Positions 20,288-29,382 of a DNA stretch of 64,000 nucleotides are shown here, in pieces. Position 1 is the first letter of the stretch. Every line of letters begins with the position of its first letter. The position numbers and the translations under genes are program-made. The stretch spans positions 2,432,001-2,496,000 of the forward strand of contig CBDCTZ010000016.1 in the NCBI GenBank assembly GCA_965222375.1. The letters run 5' to 3'. The DNA comes from Polyangiaceae bacterium (GTDB taxonomy: Bacteria; Myxococcota_A; Polyangia; Polyangiales; Polyangiaceae). The notes under the pieces were generated by a model that had not been told where the DNA came from, searched no databases, and was given only the letters and a program-made list of their open reading frames with translations.

Positions 20288-23200
20288 GCGAGCTCTTCGC
20301 ATCATCTTGGCGCTCTCGGCCGTGGCCGCGGTCGCCTTCGGTGTATACCGACTCACCCGCCAACATGTTGACGTCCTGCCTCCCACCGTCGCCGACGTGG
20401 AGGTCGTTCATGCAGGAGTGAGCATTGCGGGGGTCGACGCTCGAGGGCGAGTTCGTGCCAGCGCTGGCAACGTCGTCGCCACCGACGCGGATGGTCGGGC
20501 ACGGGTGCGCCTGGACCAGGGCACGGTGATGCTGCTGGACCGCGACAGCGCCGTCGAACTCGGTCCCGAGCGGGTCACGCTGCAAAAGGGGCGGCTGTTC
20601 GCCCTATCCCGAGGTCAAAGCTCCGCTCACATCGCGGTGGGCGCCGCAGAGGTCTTCGGCAAGAACGCAAACCTCGGTGTGGAAGCCCAAGAAGGCGGCT
20701 CTCGTATCTACTCCGCCAACGAGGAGATCACGGTCACCGCGAGCGGCAAGGAGCACAAGGTTCGCCCTGGGGAGTCCGCAATCGTGCGGGGTTCCGAGGT
20801 CAAGGTGGTGCCGGAAAAAGCCTTCGACGATTGGACGGGCGGCTTGGCAGCGCCCTTCCTGTCCAACAAGAGCAGCGTGGGTCAGCTTTGGGGGAGGGCG
20901 TCCGGCGCTCCGCTCACAGACCCCGCGACTCCGCTGACTCTTCGCTCTCAGGAAGTCAGCGTGAAGGTGCTAGGCGAGGCGGCTGAGACGAAAGTGGTCA
21001 CCACCTACTTCAACGGTGGCAGCAAGACCGTCACCGGCGACTTTCGCATGGCGCTGCCGGAGCAGGCCATCGTTTCAGCGGTGAGCTGGGGTCGTGGGGA
21101 CGAAGTCCAGGACATGGAAATCGCGCTGGCTAAGAGGGAGCAGATCACGCTCAGAGCAAACGGTCCGCTGATCGAGTGGGCAGGCCGGGGGTTCCTGCGG
21201 GGCACGCTGCCCAGGATCGCCAGCGGAGACACCGCCACCATCTCCGTCACCTACGTCGAGTGGCTGCCTTTGCGCTACGACAAAAGCGGGCGCGCGCGGA
21301 TGCAATACCGTTACCCCTTGGCGGGCCCGCCGGATGCGCCGCCCATTCCCGAACTCGGAATTCGAATGGACGCGTCGGCCGCCAAACCCACGGCCATCGC
21401 CGCCGGCCTGGGTGCCAAAGTATCAGGTGCCAAGGTATCGCTCCGGCGACCGGACTACCGGCCCACGGCGGATTTCGTCGTCGACCTAGTGGTACCGCCC
21501 TTCGAATCCAAGGCACGGATGTACGTGGCCTCGGGGGAAAAGGCCGGGGATCCCCGCACGGTGTTGGTGCGAGTGGACTTGCCAGAGCCCGAAGCCGCCG
21601 AGGGAGCCACCCTCGTGCTGGTGCTCGACACTTCGGGCAGTTCGGAGCCAGGCCAGCTCGAGGTTGCGCGGGGCTTCGTGCGCGCCGTGATGGACGCCCT
21701 TGGGCCCCGAGACAAGTTGGCGGTCGTTGCGGGAGACCAGAGCGCGCGGGTGATCGGTGCCAAGGGTGTTGGACCAGCCACGCCGGATCGTCGCAAGGCC
21801 ATCTCGAATGCTCTGGATGAGCTGTCTCCGGGCGGGGCTACGAACCTTTCGGATATGTTGGACTTTGCTGCCGGGCTCGTGCCCGACGAGCCGTCGGCGA
21901 CGGTTGTCTATGTCGGTGATGGCTATGCCACGGCGGGACAGTCCAACGCGGAGAAGCTGATCGAGAAGCTGTCGCAGCGCCCAGGTGGGCTGCCGAGGCT
22001 GTCCGCGGTTGCGGTGGGACCCGTCGTCAATGTGCGCACCTTGCGCGCGCTGTCGCGTAGCGCAGGGAGCTACTTCGCGGTGCAGGACTCGCGAGAAGCT
22101 GCGGGTGCCGCGACGGCGCTCATTGAGCACGCCCTCGTGCCCAGCGTTTCGAACGTCGAGGTCGACTTGGGGCCTGATGTCGAGCAGGTGTATCCCCGCA
22201 CACGGCGCTCGGTGCCTTTGGGGGAGCCCTTCATTCTGGTCGGCAAGTTGCGCGGCATGGCGCCGAGCGCTGCGCGGGTCAGCTACCGCCACCGGGGCGA
22301 GGTGAAGACCGAGCGCCGGCTGTTGGCCTGGCGGACGGCCCCGCGCACGGACGACGTCGCGAGGCGCTGGGCTCAAGCGCGAGTCGATGACGTGTTGCGC
22401 ACGGGCAAAGGCCGCGAAGCGGTCACGGACGTGGCGCTCTCGGTGGGGCTGCTCACTCCGTGGACAGCCTTTCATCGCACGCCCTCGCCATACGTAGCGA
22501 CGCACCCGGCGGTGCGCATGCTCGCGCCACAGCACGAGGCGGACTTCAGCTTCGGCACCCACGCGGTTCGCGGCGCAGTGTTGAGCGGAGCCTTGTCCGG
22601 GAAGGGCGCAGCGACTGCGGCGTCTGACCTAGAAGCTCTGGTGGTTCACCGGGTCGGGGCACGCCTGGAGGACGCCTACCGAGAGATCACGGCCTGCAGA
22701 AACTCCCGCGCCGCAGGCAGATCGGAGCTGGCCGGCAATCTGCGGGTACAGATGGAAGTGGACGGCGACGGGCGCGCGAAGAAGGTGCGGGTCCGCGGCC
22801 GCGATCGGTTTTCGGATGACCCATCCGTCAATCTCTGTGTCGAGCTGGCCCTCGCTGCGCGGCGCTATCCGCAAAGCGGCTTGGGCGTCGTGGTGCGCGT
22901 CGACTACGATCTGGCTCTGCCACCTCCGAAGCGCGCCCGCGCAGCCAAGTGTTCGGAGGCATCGAAGACGGCGCTTCCGTATCGCCGCGGCGTTTGGCAT
23001 GTGCGGCTTTCCTCTGCCGAGCCTTTGGATGTCTACATGGCGGCGAAACGCTCCTGCGAACTCAGGAGTTGGGCGGACCGGCGCGCCCTGTTGGAATTGA
23101 TGTTGAACGCACGTCGGGACGGGCCTCGTCGCGTCAAACTAGCTGTCGCGCTGATGCGGGAAGGAGAGGCGGATGCCGCAGACTTCGTGCGCAAGGAGGC

Positions 23201-24251
23201 CGTGCGCAGAGCGAGGTCGCCCCAGGAACTTGCATCCGTTCGCGCCGCCCTATTCGGTGCCGAGCGTCTCCCATGGCCCGCTTTCGTGAAGGCCTACAAG
23301 GCGGAAAAGAGCGACTCGGCTCGCCTGGCGGTGGTGCGACGTTTTCTGACCGTCGCGCCCCACGACCCGAGGCTGCGTGCGCGTTTGGTTGCGTTGCTCG
23401 AAAGCACCGGAGACAAGGACGGGCTACTGGACGAAGCGCGCCGGGCGCGAAGCGACGCCTTCGCGCCCGTGGAGCTATTGGCGGAGATTGCGTCTGCGCT
23501 CAATCGAGCGAAGCGGGAGCAGCAAGCACGCCGAACCTTTGGTGAAATCGCCGAGCGTGCGCCCTTCGATCCCTGGGCGCGCGCTTTCCTGGGGGATCGC
23601 TTGATGAACGAAGGCTTCAGCGAGGCCGCCACCGCTCACTATGCCGTGCTGGAGAGCCTCGCCCCGGACGACCCGAGCGTGATCGTGCGGTTGGCGCGTG
23701 CTCATGCGAAGGCGGGGCGAATCGATGTGGCTCGGCGACTCTTGCTGCGCGTGGTGGAAACCGGCGGCCGGGATGGCAACGCGGAGGTGGCTCACCTCGC
23801 CGGTCGGCTGGCTTCCGTTCTGCTGGCCGAGGCGCGTGCTGGGAAACACTCCCCCGAGACGCTCGCCACGTTGAAGGCACACTCCTTGGAGCTGCCTCGG
23901 GGCTTGGGGCGGGTGGCCCTGCTCGTCCGGGCCCCCGGGGGTCAGCCGGCGCTGAAGATGAGCATGACGCGCTCGGGGCCCGCCGGAAAGGACGTGATGC
24001 CCGCCGACGTCACCGCGTCCAATGCCGGACTGTATTTGTTCTCCTTCGAGGGCAGCGCCGAAGAAGTCAGCTTGGAGATCGAACGAACCGAGGAACTCAC
24101 GCCGTCTCGCACCATGCCCATTCGAGTCACTGCCCTTGCCTACGGCAACGAGCCGGATGCGCTACCAGACGTGAAGAGCCTCGGCGTCGAGCTGACCGCG
24201 CAGGGCAAACCTCGAGAAGTGCAATGGAGGGGCGGTGTGCTCAGCCTCTAG
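20280..24251 (+). CDS. Paralogous FecR-like/VIT/vWA/TonB-C-like/TPR protein
   Basis: Same domain order; shared DWTGGLA, YVGDG and FGEI.E.AP.DP.AR motifs; MIDAS DTSGS; 8-nt overlap with the upstream gene. Confidence 0.85.
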   Translation: MAKRALRIILALSAVAAVAFGVYRLTRQHVDVLPPTVADVEVVHAGVSIAGVDARGRVRASAGNVVATDADGRARVRLDQGTVMLLDRDSAVELGPERVTLQKGRLFALSRGQSSAHIAVGAAEVFGKNANLGVEAQEGGSRIYSANEEITVTASGKEHKVRPGESAIVRGSEVKVVPEKAFDDWTGGLAAPFLSNKSSVGQLWGRASGAPLTDPATPLTLRSQEVSVKVLGEAAETKVVTTYFNGGSKTVTGDFRMALPEQAIVSAVSWGRGDEVQDMEIALAKREQITLRANGPLIEWAGRGFLRGTLPRIASGDTATISVTYVEWLPLRYDKSGRARMQYRYPLAGPPDAPPIPELGIRMDASAAKPTAIAAGLGAKVSGAKVSLRRPDYRPTADFVVDLVVPPFESKARMYVASGEKAGDPRTVLVRVDLPEPEAAEGATLVLVLDTSGSSEPGQLEVARGFVRAVMDALGPRDKLAVVAGDQSARVIGAKGVGPATPDRRKAISNALDELSPGGATNLSDMLDFAAGLVPDEPSATVVYVGDGYATAGQSNAEKLIEKLSQRPGGLPRLSAVAVGPVVNVRTLRALSRSAGSYFAVQDSREAAGAATALIEHALVPSVSNVEVDLGPDVEQVYPRTRRSVPLGEPFILVGKLRGMAPSAARVSYRHRGEVKTERRLLAWRTAPRTDDVARRWAQARVDDVLRTGKGREAVTDVALSVGLLTPWTAFHRTPSPYVATHPAVRMLAPQHEADFSFGTHAVRGAVLSGALSGKGAATAASDLEALVVHRVGARLEDAYREITACRNSRAAGRSELAGNLRVQMEVDGDGRAKKVRVRGRDRFSDDPSVNLCVELALAARRYPQSGLGVVVRVDYDLALPPPKRARAAKCSEASKTALPYRRGVWHVRLSSAEPLDVYMAAKRSCELRSWADRRALLELMLNARRDGPRRVKLAVALMREGEADAADFVRKEAVRRARSPQELASVRAALFGAERLPWPAFVKAYKAEKSDSARLAVVRRFLTVAPHDPRLRARLVALLESTGDKDGLLDEARRARSDAFAPVELLAEIASALNRAKREQQARRTFGEIAERAPFDPWARAFLGDRLMNEGFSEAATAHYAVLESLAPDDPSVIVRLARAHAKAGRIDVARRLLLRVVETGGRDGNAEVAHLAGRLASVLLAEARAGKHSPETLATLKAHSLELPRGLGRVALLVRAPGGQPALKMSMTRSGPAGKDVMPADVTASNAGLYLFSFEGSAEEVSLEIERTEELTPSRTMPIRVTALAYGNEPDALPDVKSLGVELTAQGKPREVQWRGGVLSL

Positions 24252-24299
24252 CCTCGTGGACTCAGCCCACAGGCGCGGCGCGCAGTGTGAACCGCGAGA

Positions 24300-24896
24300 T
24301 CAGCAGGAACTCAGGCAGCTGGAGGAACCGTTGCAGGGTGCACACGCGTGCCAATCGCAAGTCGCCTTGTTGCAGTACTGCCACTTGTCGGTGCCGCAAC
24401 ACTGAAACTCGCTGCCGCCGTTGTACACGCACTTGGCGCCGGTCTTCAAACCACAAGCCCCCCAGGTGCAATCGTTGGCGCACTTCTTCGCTTCGCAGAC
24501 GTCGGAGCACGCGGCCGTATCCTCGTCTCCCGGATTGCAGGCCTTCTGGTCCTCGCACTGCTCGGGCCCCCACTGACCGTTCGAGTCGCAGGTCTGGCGT
24601 TTGGTGCCACACTTGGCACAGGAGCCAACGTCCTTCTTCTCATTGGGCGTGCAGCTGCCCGTCGAGCCTCCCGTTGCGGCGCCGGCACTGCCAGCGCTGC
24701 CCGCAGCACCTGCAAAACCACCCGCGGCGCCAGCTCCGGAGCTGCCGCTCGCTCCACCTGTGTTGCCTCCGCTGCCGGCCGCGCCTGCATCGTCCAAAAG
24801 CTCGTTCGTCGCGACGTAGGTGTCGTCGGAGCAACTGGCACTCGCGACGACAGCCATGAGTCCGATCGCGGCGACCTGAATTCGAGCCTTCAACAT
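24300..24896 (-). CDS. Cys-rich lipoprotein
   Basis: Lipobox ASASC, Gly linker, C-x-P-G..C..W..C repeats, terminal FQCCGTDKWQYC domain. Confidence 0.8.
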   Translation of the reverse strand: MLKARIQVAAIGLMAVVASASCSDDTYVATNELLDDAGAAGSGGNTGGASGSSGAGAAGGFAGAAGSAGSAGAATGGSTGSCTPNEKKDVGSCAKCGTKRQTCDSNGQWGPEQCEDQKACNPGDEDTAACSDVCEAKKCANDCTWGACGLKTGAKCVYNGGSEFQCCGTDKWQYCNKATCDWHACAPCNGSSSCLSSC

Positions 24897-25729
24897 GCGT
24901 TCAGACATCCCGATGATCCATTACATGACTGACACGGGAACCACTGGCAACTAGAACTGCAAAACTGCCACTTATCGGTACCACAACACTTGAAGTTCGT
25001 TCCGGATTGGTAGTTGCACTGGTTGCCGCTCTTCAGCTGGCACGCGCCCCACGTACAGTTGCTCTGGCACACCTTTTGGGAACACGAGTCGCATCCGCCC
25101 GCCTGGGTCGTGCCGGCCTTGCAGACGCCTTCTCCCGTGCAACCTAGGAAACCGTCCCAGGTGCAGTCGTTGCGGCATGTGCGGGTTTGGCTGCCGCAGT
25201 TGCCACAGGGTTGCGTCTCCTTCTGCCCGGGGGTGCACACGCCGCCGGGCACGCAGGTCGACCAGCCGCCCCAGGTGCAGCCGCTTTCGCACTTTCTGGT
25301 TTGGGCGCCGCAGCTGGTTCCGCAGGGTTGGGTCTGCATCTCCCCCGCTTTGCACGCGCCCTGGTTTTCACAGGTCGGGGCGTTCCATTGCCCGGCGGAT
25401 GAACAGGTTCGCTCACTAGTCCCGCATTTGTCACACGCCCCGAGGTTCTGCTTCTCTCCGGGCGTGCAGGGGCCGCCCGGCAGCGCGCCCGTGCCGGCAG
25501 TGCCCGCGCTGCCCGCGAGCCCGGCACTGCCGCCGGCCCCCGCGGCCGCCGCCTGGCCGCCGCTGCCCGAGGTGCCCCAGCCCGAGTCGTTGACGCTCAC
25601 GCCCGCGTCCTTGCCACCCGTGCCAACGAAAGGAGGGTCCTTGTCCTCGAGTTCTTCGGTGCCGAACGCACAGCCCGCCGCCGAGCCAGCTAGTAGCCCC
25701 AGGTAAACGCGAACCCAATACCTATGCAC
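24890..25729 (-). CDS. Cys-rich repeat lipoprotein (paralog of the downstream gene)
   Basis: GTG start, lipobox AAGC, four CxxG..CG.CG...R.C...C.W..C-type repeats, terminal FKCCGTDKWQFC. Confidence 0.8.
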   Translation of the reverse strand: MHRYWVRVYLGLLAGSAAGCAFGTEELEDKDPPFVGTGGKDAGVSVNDSGWGTSGSGGQAAAAGAGGSAGLAGSAGTAGTGALPGGPCTPGEKQNLGACDKCGTSERTCSSAGQWNAPTCENQGACKAGEMQTQPCGTSCGAQTRKCESGCTWGGWSTCVPGGVCTPGQKETQPCGNCGSQTRTCRNDCTWDGFLGCTGEGVCKAGTTQAGGCDSCSQKVCQSNCTWGACQLKSGNQCNYQSGTNFKCCGTDKWQFCSSSCQWFPCQSCNGSSGCLNAC

Positions 25730-25873
25730 CGAGGCGCATTTTAGCTCAATTTGGCCGGCTCGGCGTCCGCCGGGGCGGCATTGCGTGGCGCGGGTTGAAA
25801 TAATTCCGAAGCCACGGACGAAAGACCAGGGAGAGCGCGAGATTTTCGCGTCGTTCTTCTCGGAGATATCGTC

Positions 25874-26461
25874 ATGCTGAAACTTTCCACCACACGCTTC
25901 GCCTCCGCCGCCATCGGCAGTTTGCTTCTGATGGGGTGTTCGCCAATCGACCGAGGGTTGTTCGATGCGGGCATCGGACTCTGGGAAGAGGCCACCGCGG
26001 CCGTCAGTCGGATGATCGTTCTCTTCGTCATCGGCGTCGTGCTGGTAGCCCTCGCACCAGCGCGTATGGAGAAACTGGAGTGCGAGATCGCACAGCGACC
26101 GATGCGTTGTTTTGCTCTGGGGTTGGTGACGACCCTGATCGGAGCCGTCCTGGTGATTGCCTTGTGCGTCACGGTTCTCGGCATTCCCATCGCCCTCGCT
26201 GGCGTCGTATTTGCGGCCCTTGCGGGCTACGCCGGGATTTGCGCGGCGCTCGCAACCGTTGGCGGTGCCCTCGTGGGGCACCGAAGCAAGAATGTCTACG
26301 TGCACCTGGCAGTCGGCTGCGCTCTGTGGCTGGTGCTCGGTGGGCTGCCCTGGTTGGGCGAGGCCGTCAGCTTTGCCTTGGCGATGGTGGGTTTTGGGAC
26401 CATTTTCGCGACTCGTTGCGCCGGCCTCGTCGACGAAAAACACTTCTCAGCCTCGACCTGA
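25874..26461 (+). CDS. Hypothetical multi-pass membrane protein
   Basis: Five or so hydrophobic segments, TVLGIPIA motif. Confidence 0.65.
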   Translation: MLKLSTTRFASAAIGSLLLMGCSPIDRGLFDAGIGLWEEATAAVSRMIVLFVIGVVLVALAPARMEKLECEIAQRPMRCFALGLVTTLIGAVLVIALCVTVLGIPIALAGVVFAALAGYAGICAALATVGGALVGHRSKNVYVHLAVGCALWLVLGGLPWLGEAVSFALAMVGFGTIFATRCAGLVDEKHFSAST

Positions 26462-26498
26462 CTCGACCTCTGCGGATTCGAGCCGTACCCTGGCTGTC

Positions 26499-26735
26499 AT
26501 GGCGAGGAGGCACCGGGTCTGCGGATTCGTCTTGCTCTGCGCGGGCTGTGGCAGCGAGGAAGCTTCGAACCCCGCGAGCGGGGGTTCAGGTACCGGTGCT
26601 GTAGGCGGCACGTCGGGAGCTTCAGGCGGCGGCCAAGGCGCTACTTCTGGGACCGGCTGGGGATGCGCACGCCCCTTATCATTTTCTCGCCGTTCACGAA
26701 GGCCGGCGACGTCAGCCATATCGTCACCGATCTGA
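26499..26735 (+). pseudogene. Lipoprotein N-terminal remnant
   Basis: MARRHRVCGFVLLCAGC lipobox plus Gly linker with no following domain. Confidence 0.4.
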
Positions 26736-26776
26736 CCAGCGTGACGAATGGCTTGCCCTGAGGCGTCACTAGAGCC

Positions 26777-27091
26777 ATGCGCGTCTACGAAGCTCAAGAT
26801 GTCATCGAGGCTCAGCTCGTGCTCGATGTACTTCTAGAAGGCGGGCTGTCTGCCGAGCTGCGCAACGTCAACTTGATTGGTTCCTATCCAGAGGTGCCCG
26901 TGCGTCCCGAAATTTGGCTGACTCGGCCCGAGGATTTCGATGCCGCCCGGGCGTTGATCGACAAGTTCGAAGCCAACCGCAAGACCGTCTTGGACGACGT
27001 TCGTTGTCCCGAGTGTGGGCAGTCGAACCCCGGCAACTTCGAACTGTGTTGGAGCTGCCGAGCGGAGATCCATCCCAAGGACGACGCCTGA
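26777..27091 (+). CDS. DUF2007 protein with C-terminal zinc ribbon
   Basis: EAQLVLDVLLEGGLSA...AARALI, CPECGQSNPGNFELCWSC. Confidence 0.8.
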   Translation: MRVYEAQDVIEAQLVLDVLLEGGLSAELRNVNLIGSYPEVPVRPEIWLTRPEDFDAARALIDKFEANRKTVLDDVRCPECGQSNPGNFELCWSCRAEIHPKDDA

Positions 27092-27154
27092 GCTCATGCC
27101 GGGATCCGAGGCGGAGGCGACAGCGAAGCCACCCAGATCCCTAGCTTTGTGTTT

Positions 27155-28075
27155 TTAGCGCAGCTCGGGAAACAAGCGGTGTAGCAGGGTCGCGAGAGGT
27201 CCGGTATCGGGTAGCGAGACGCTGCCCAATTCCTCTGCCAAGCCTGCCGCACTGGCCTGACGCTGGTCGGGATCCCGCGACAGCGCCCGGCTGACTATTT
27301 CGTCCAGAGCCGGAGGAACGCCCGGGCGGAGCTCCGAAACCCGCGGGACCGGAGCGTCCACTACGGCGAGCATCGTTTCGGCCTGAGTGCCGCGACGAAA
27401 CAGCCGCTGCCCACACAGGAGTTCGTGCAGCACGACCCCGAGGCTGAACACGTCCGAACGTCCGTCCACGGCCGCGCCCTGCAGCTGCTCTGGAGAGCAG
27501 TAGGCGGCCTTGCCCTTGACGGTACCCGTGCTTGGACCCCGCGACGCTTGCTCCGCGGTGTGTGCGACCCCGAAGTCCAGCACCTTCACGGCGCTGTGGA
27601 ATGTCACCATGATGTTGTCTGGGTTCACGTCACGGTGCACGACTTGCCAGCTCTGCCCGTCTCGCTCGTAGTTGTGGGCATGGTCGAGCCCCATCGCCGC
27701 CGCCGCGACGATGTGGACGGCCGCAGCCGGTGCCAGCCCCGAAGGCTGGGCCCAGGCTCGCCTTGCCAGCGCTCCGCTGTCTGCACCCGCAAGGTACTCC
27801 ATCACGAAGTAGTAACGCCCTGCCTCCTCGCCGAATTCGAAGCCGCGTACCAGATTCGGGTGGGACAGCTCGGACAGGATCTGCGCCTCAGTTTCGAACA
27901 TTCCGACTTGCGCAGCGTCACCGCAGAGGTGCGGCAGCATCAGCTTGAGCGCCAGGGGGCCGCCCGTTGCTCCCGCAGCTTCGCCGTCGGTCAAGTAGAT
28001 CTCTGCCATCGTCCCGGTAGCGATGCGGCGACTCAGGGCAAAGGGCCCGATGCGTGTCGTGGACCCACGGCTCAT
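27155..28075 (-). CDS. Serine/threonine protein kinase
   Basis: ALK, HRDVNPDN, DFG, YCSPEQ, SDVFSLG motifs. Confidence 0.93.
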   Translation of the reverse strand: MSRGSTTRIGPFALSRRIATGTMAEIYLTDGEAAGATGGPLALKLMLPHLCGDAAQVGMFETEAQILSELSHPNLVRGFEFGEEAGRYYFVMEYLAGADSGALARRAWAQPSGLAPAAAVHIVAAAAMGLDHAHNYERDGQSWQVVHRDVNPDNIMVTFHSAVKVLDFGVAHTAEQASRGPSTGTVKGKAAYCSPEQLQGAAVDGRSDVFSLGVVLHELLCGQRLFRRGTQAETMLAVVDAPVPRVSELRPGVPPALDEIVSRALSRDPDQRQASAAGLAEELGSVSLPDTGPLATLLHRLFPELR

Positions 28076-28193
28076 GGCGGCCACCAATCATAGCCGGCAC
28101 TCCCATGGCCGATCAGTGCATATTCGCGCCCTACGGCGCACCCGGCATGAGTGTTTGCGGCGTCAATCCACCGATGCCATTGTTGCTCTAGCA

Positions 28194-29285
28194 GTGAAAC
28201 GACTTCTTCCAGCGGCGCTCGTGGCACTCGTGCCTCTGCTCTTGGCGTGCTCATCTCCAAAGTTCCAGGCCGAGCCGGGGGCGGGAGGCGCCGCTGCAGG
28301 CAGCGGCGGGTCTTCGGGCAGCGGTGGCGGCGCGGGCAGCGGCGGCGGTCCCGGCGGTGCGAGTGGCGCGTCTGGCTCCGGGGGAACTGCCGGAGCGGTT
28401 CCCGCAGCGGACTACTGCCAAACATCAGACTGCAAAGACCCGCGCTGTGCGCCGATCCCCGACGTTCCTTCGGGTTGGAAGGGGCCCCTCTTGCTCTCCA
28501 ACCCCGTCGACACCAGTGGCAAGTGTCCTGACGACTACTCCGCGAACATCGCTACCGCCGGGAAGCTGGTTGTGCCGCCGGGCAGCTGCCAGAGCTGCGC
28601 TTGCAACGCCGGGACTCTCAAGTGTGACGATCCGGACCTGCACATCTGGACGCATACGAACACGACCTGCGCTGGCGCTCCCACCGTAGTGCACCAATTC
28701 CCCAGCAGTTGCTACAAGTACGCAACGGGCGGCAAGGGCTACGCTGCTTCCTTCGGCTTCACCAAGCCCAAGGTCTCGGGTGTATGCGGGGCCAGTTCGG
28801 TCGGCAGCGCCAACTTGCCCGACCCCTATCTCGACCAACCACACCACTTGTGCCTGGGCACGCCAGGCACGGACGCTGGAGGATCCTGCGCACCCCAGAC
28901 GAAGCAGGCCATCTGCGTTGCCGTTCAGTCGAAAGGCGCGTCGTGCCCGGCTGGCTACCCGAATGCCCAAGACCTGGTCGAGGGAATTCTCAAGAAGAAT
29001 CGCAGCTGCGAGACGTGCAGCTGTGGCCAAGCCCAGGGAAGTTGCGATGGCACGCGAATCGACGCCAACTACCCTGGGACCACCGGTTCAGACTGCGGCA
29101 GCACGAAGCTATCTGTCCAGGATTCGGACGGCGGATGTAAGGCAACCGGCAGTACTACTCTCACGCAGTACTTCTCCTTCGTGAAGAGCCCGAGCCTCCA
29201 GAACCCCAGCTGCGCGCCCAACAAGCCGAAAGTCGTTGACGAGATCCAAGTTTCCGGTAGCTGGACGGTCTGCTGCACGAAATAG
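28194..29285 (+). CDS. Cys-rich lipoprotein
   Basis: GTG start, lipobox LLAC, Gly linker, PSGWKGP, two CxxCxC modules, ends TVCC. Confidence 0.8.
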   Translation: MKRLLPAALVALVPLLLACSSPKFQAEPGAGGAAAGSGGSSGSGGGAGSGGGPGGASGASGSGGTAGAVPAADYCQTSDCKDPRCAPIPDVPSGWKGPLLLSNPVDTSGKCPDDYSANIATAGKLVVPPGSCQSCACNAGTLKCDDPDLHIWTHTNTTCAGAPTVVHQFPSSCYKYATGGKGYAASFGFTKPKVSGVCGASSVGSANLPDPYLDQPHHLCLGTPGTDAGGSCAPQTKQAICVAVQSKGASCPAGYPNAQDLVEGILKKNRSCETCSCGQAQGSCDGTRIDANYPGTTGSDCGSTKLSVQDSDGGCKATGSTTLTQYFSFVKSPSLQNPSCAPNKPKVVDEIQVSGSWTVCCTK

Positions 29286-29382
29286 AGTGCGGGACTATTC
29301 GCCGGGCCAGCCTGCATTTCTGCATCCCCAACTCGCAAGCATGCACTTTCCTTCGGACCTCCCCGGGCCCATGCTTTCCGAC

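Noticed and set aside
25730..26443. N-terminal part of the 517-aa minus-strand ORF
   Set aside because: It is the antisense shadow of the membrane protein at 25874; the lipoprotein starts near 25729.
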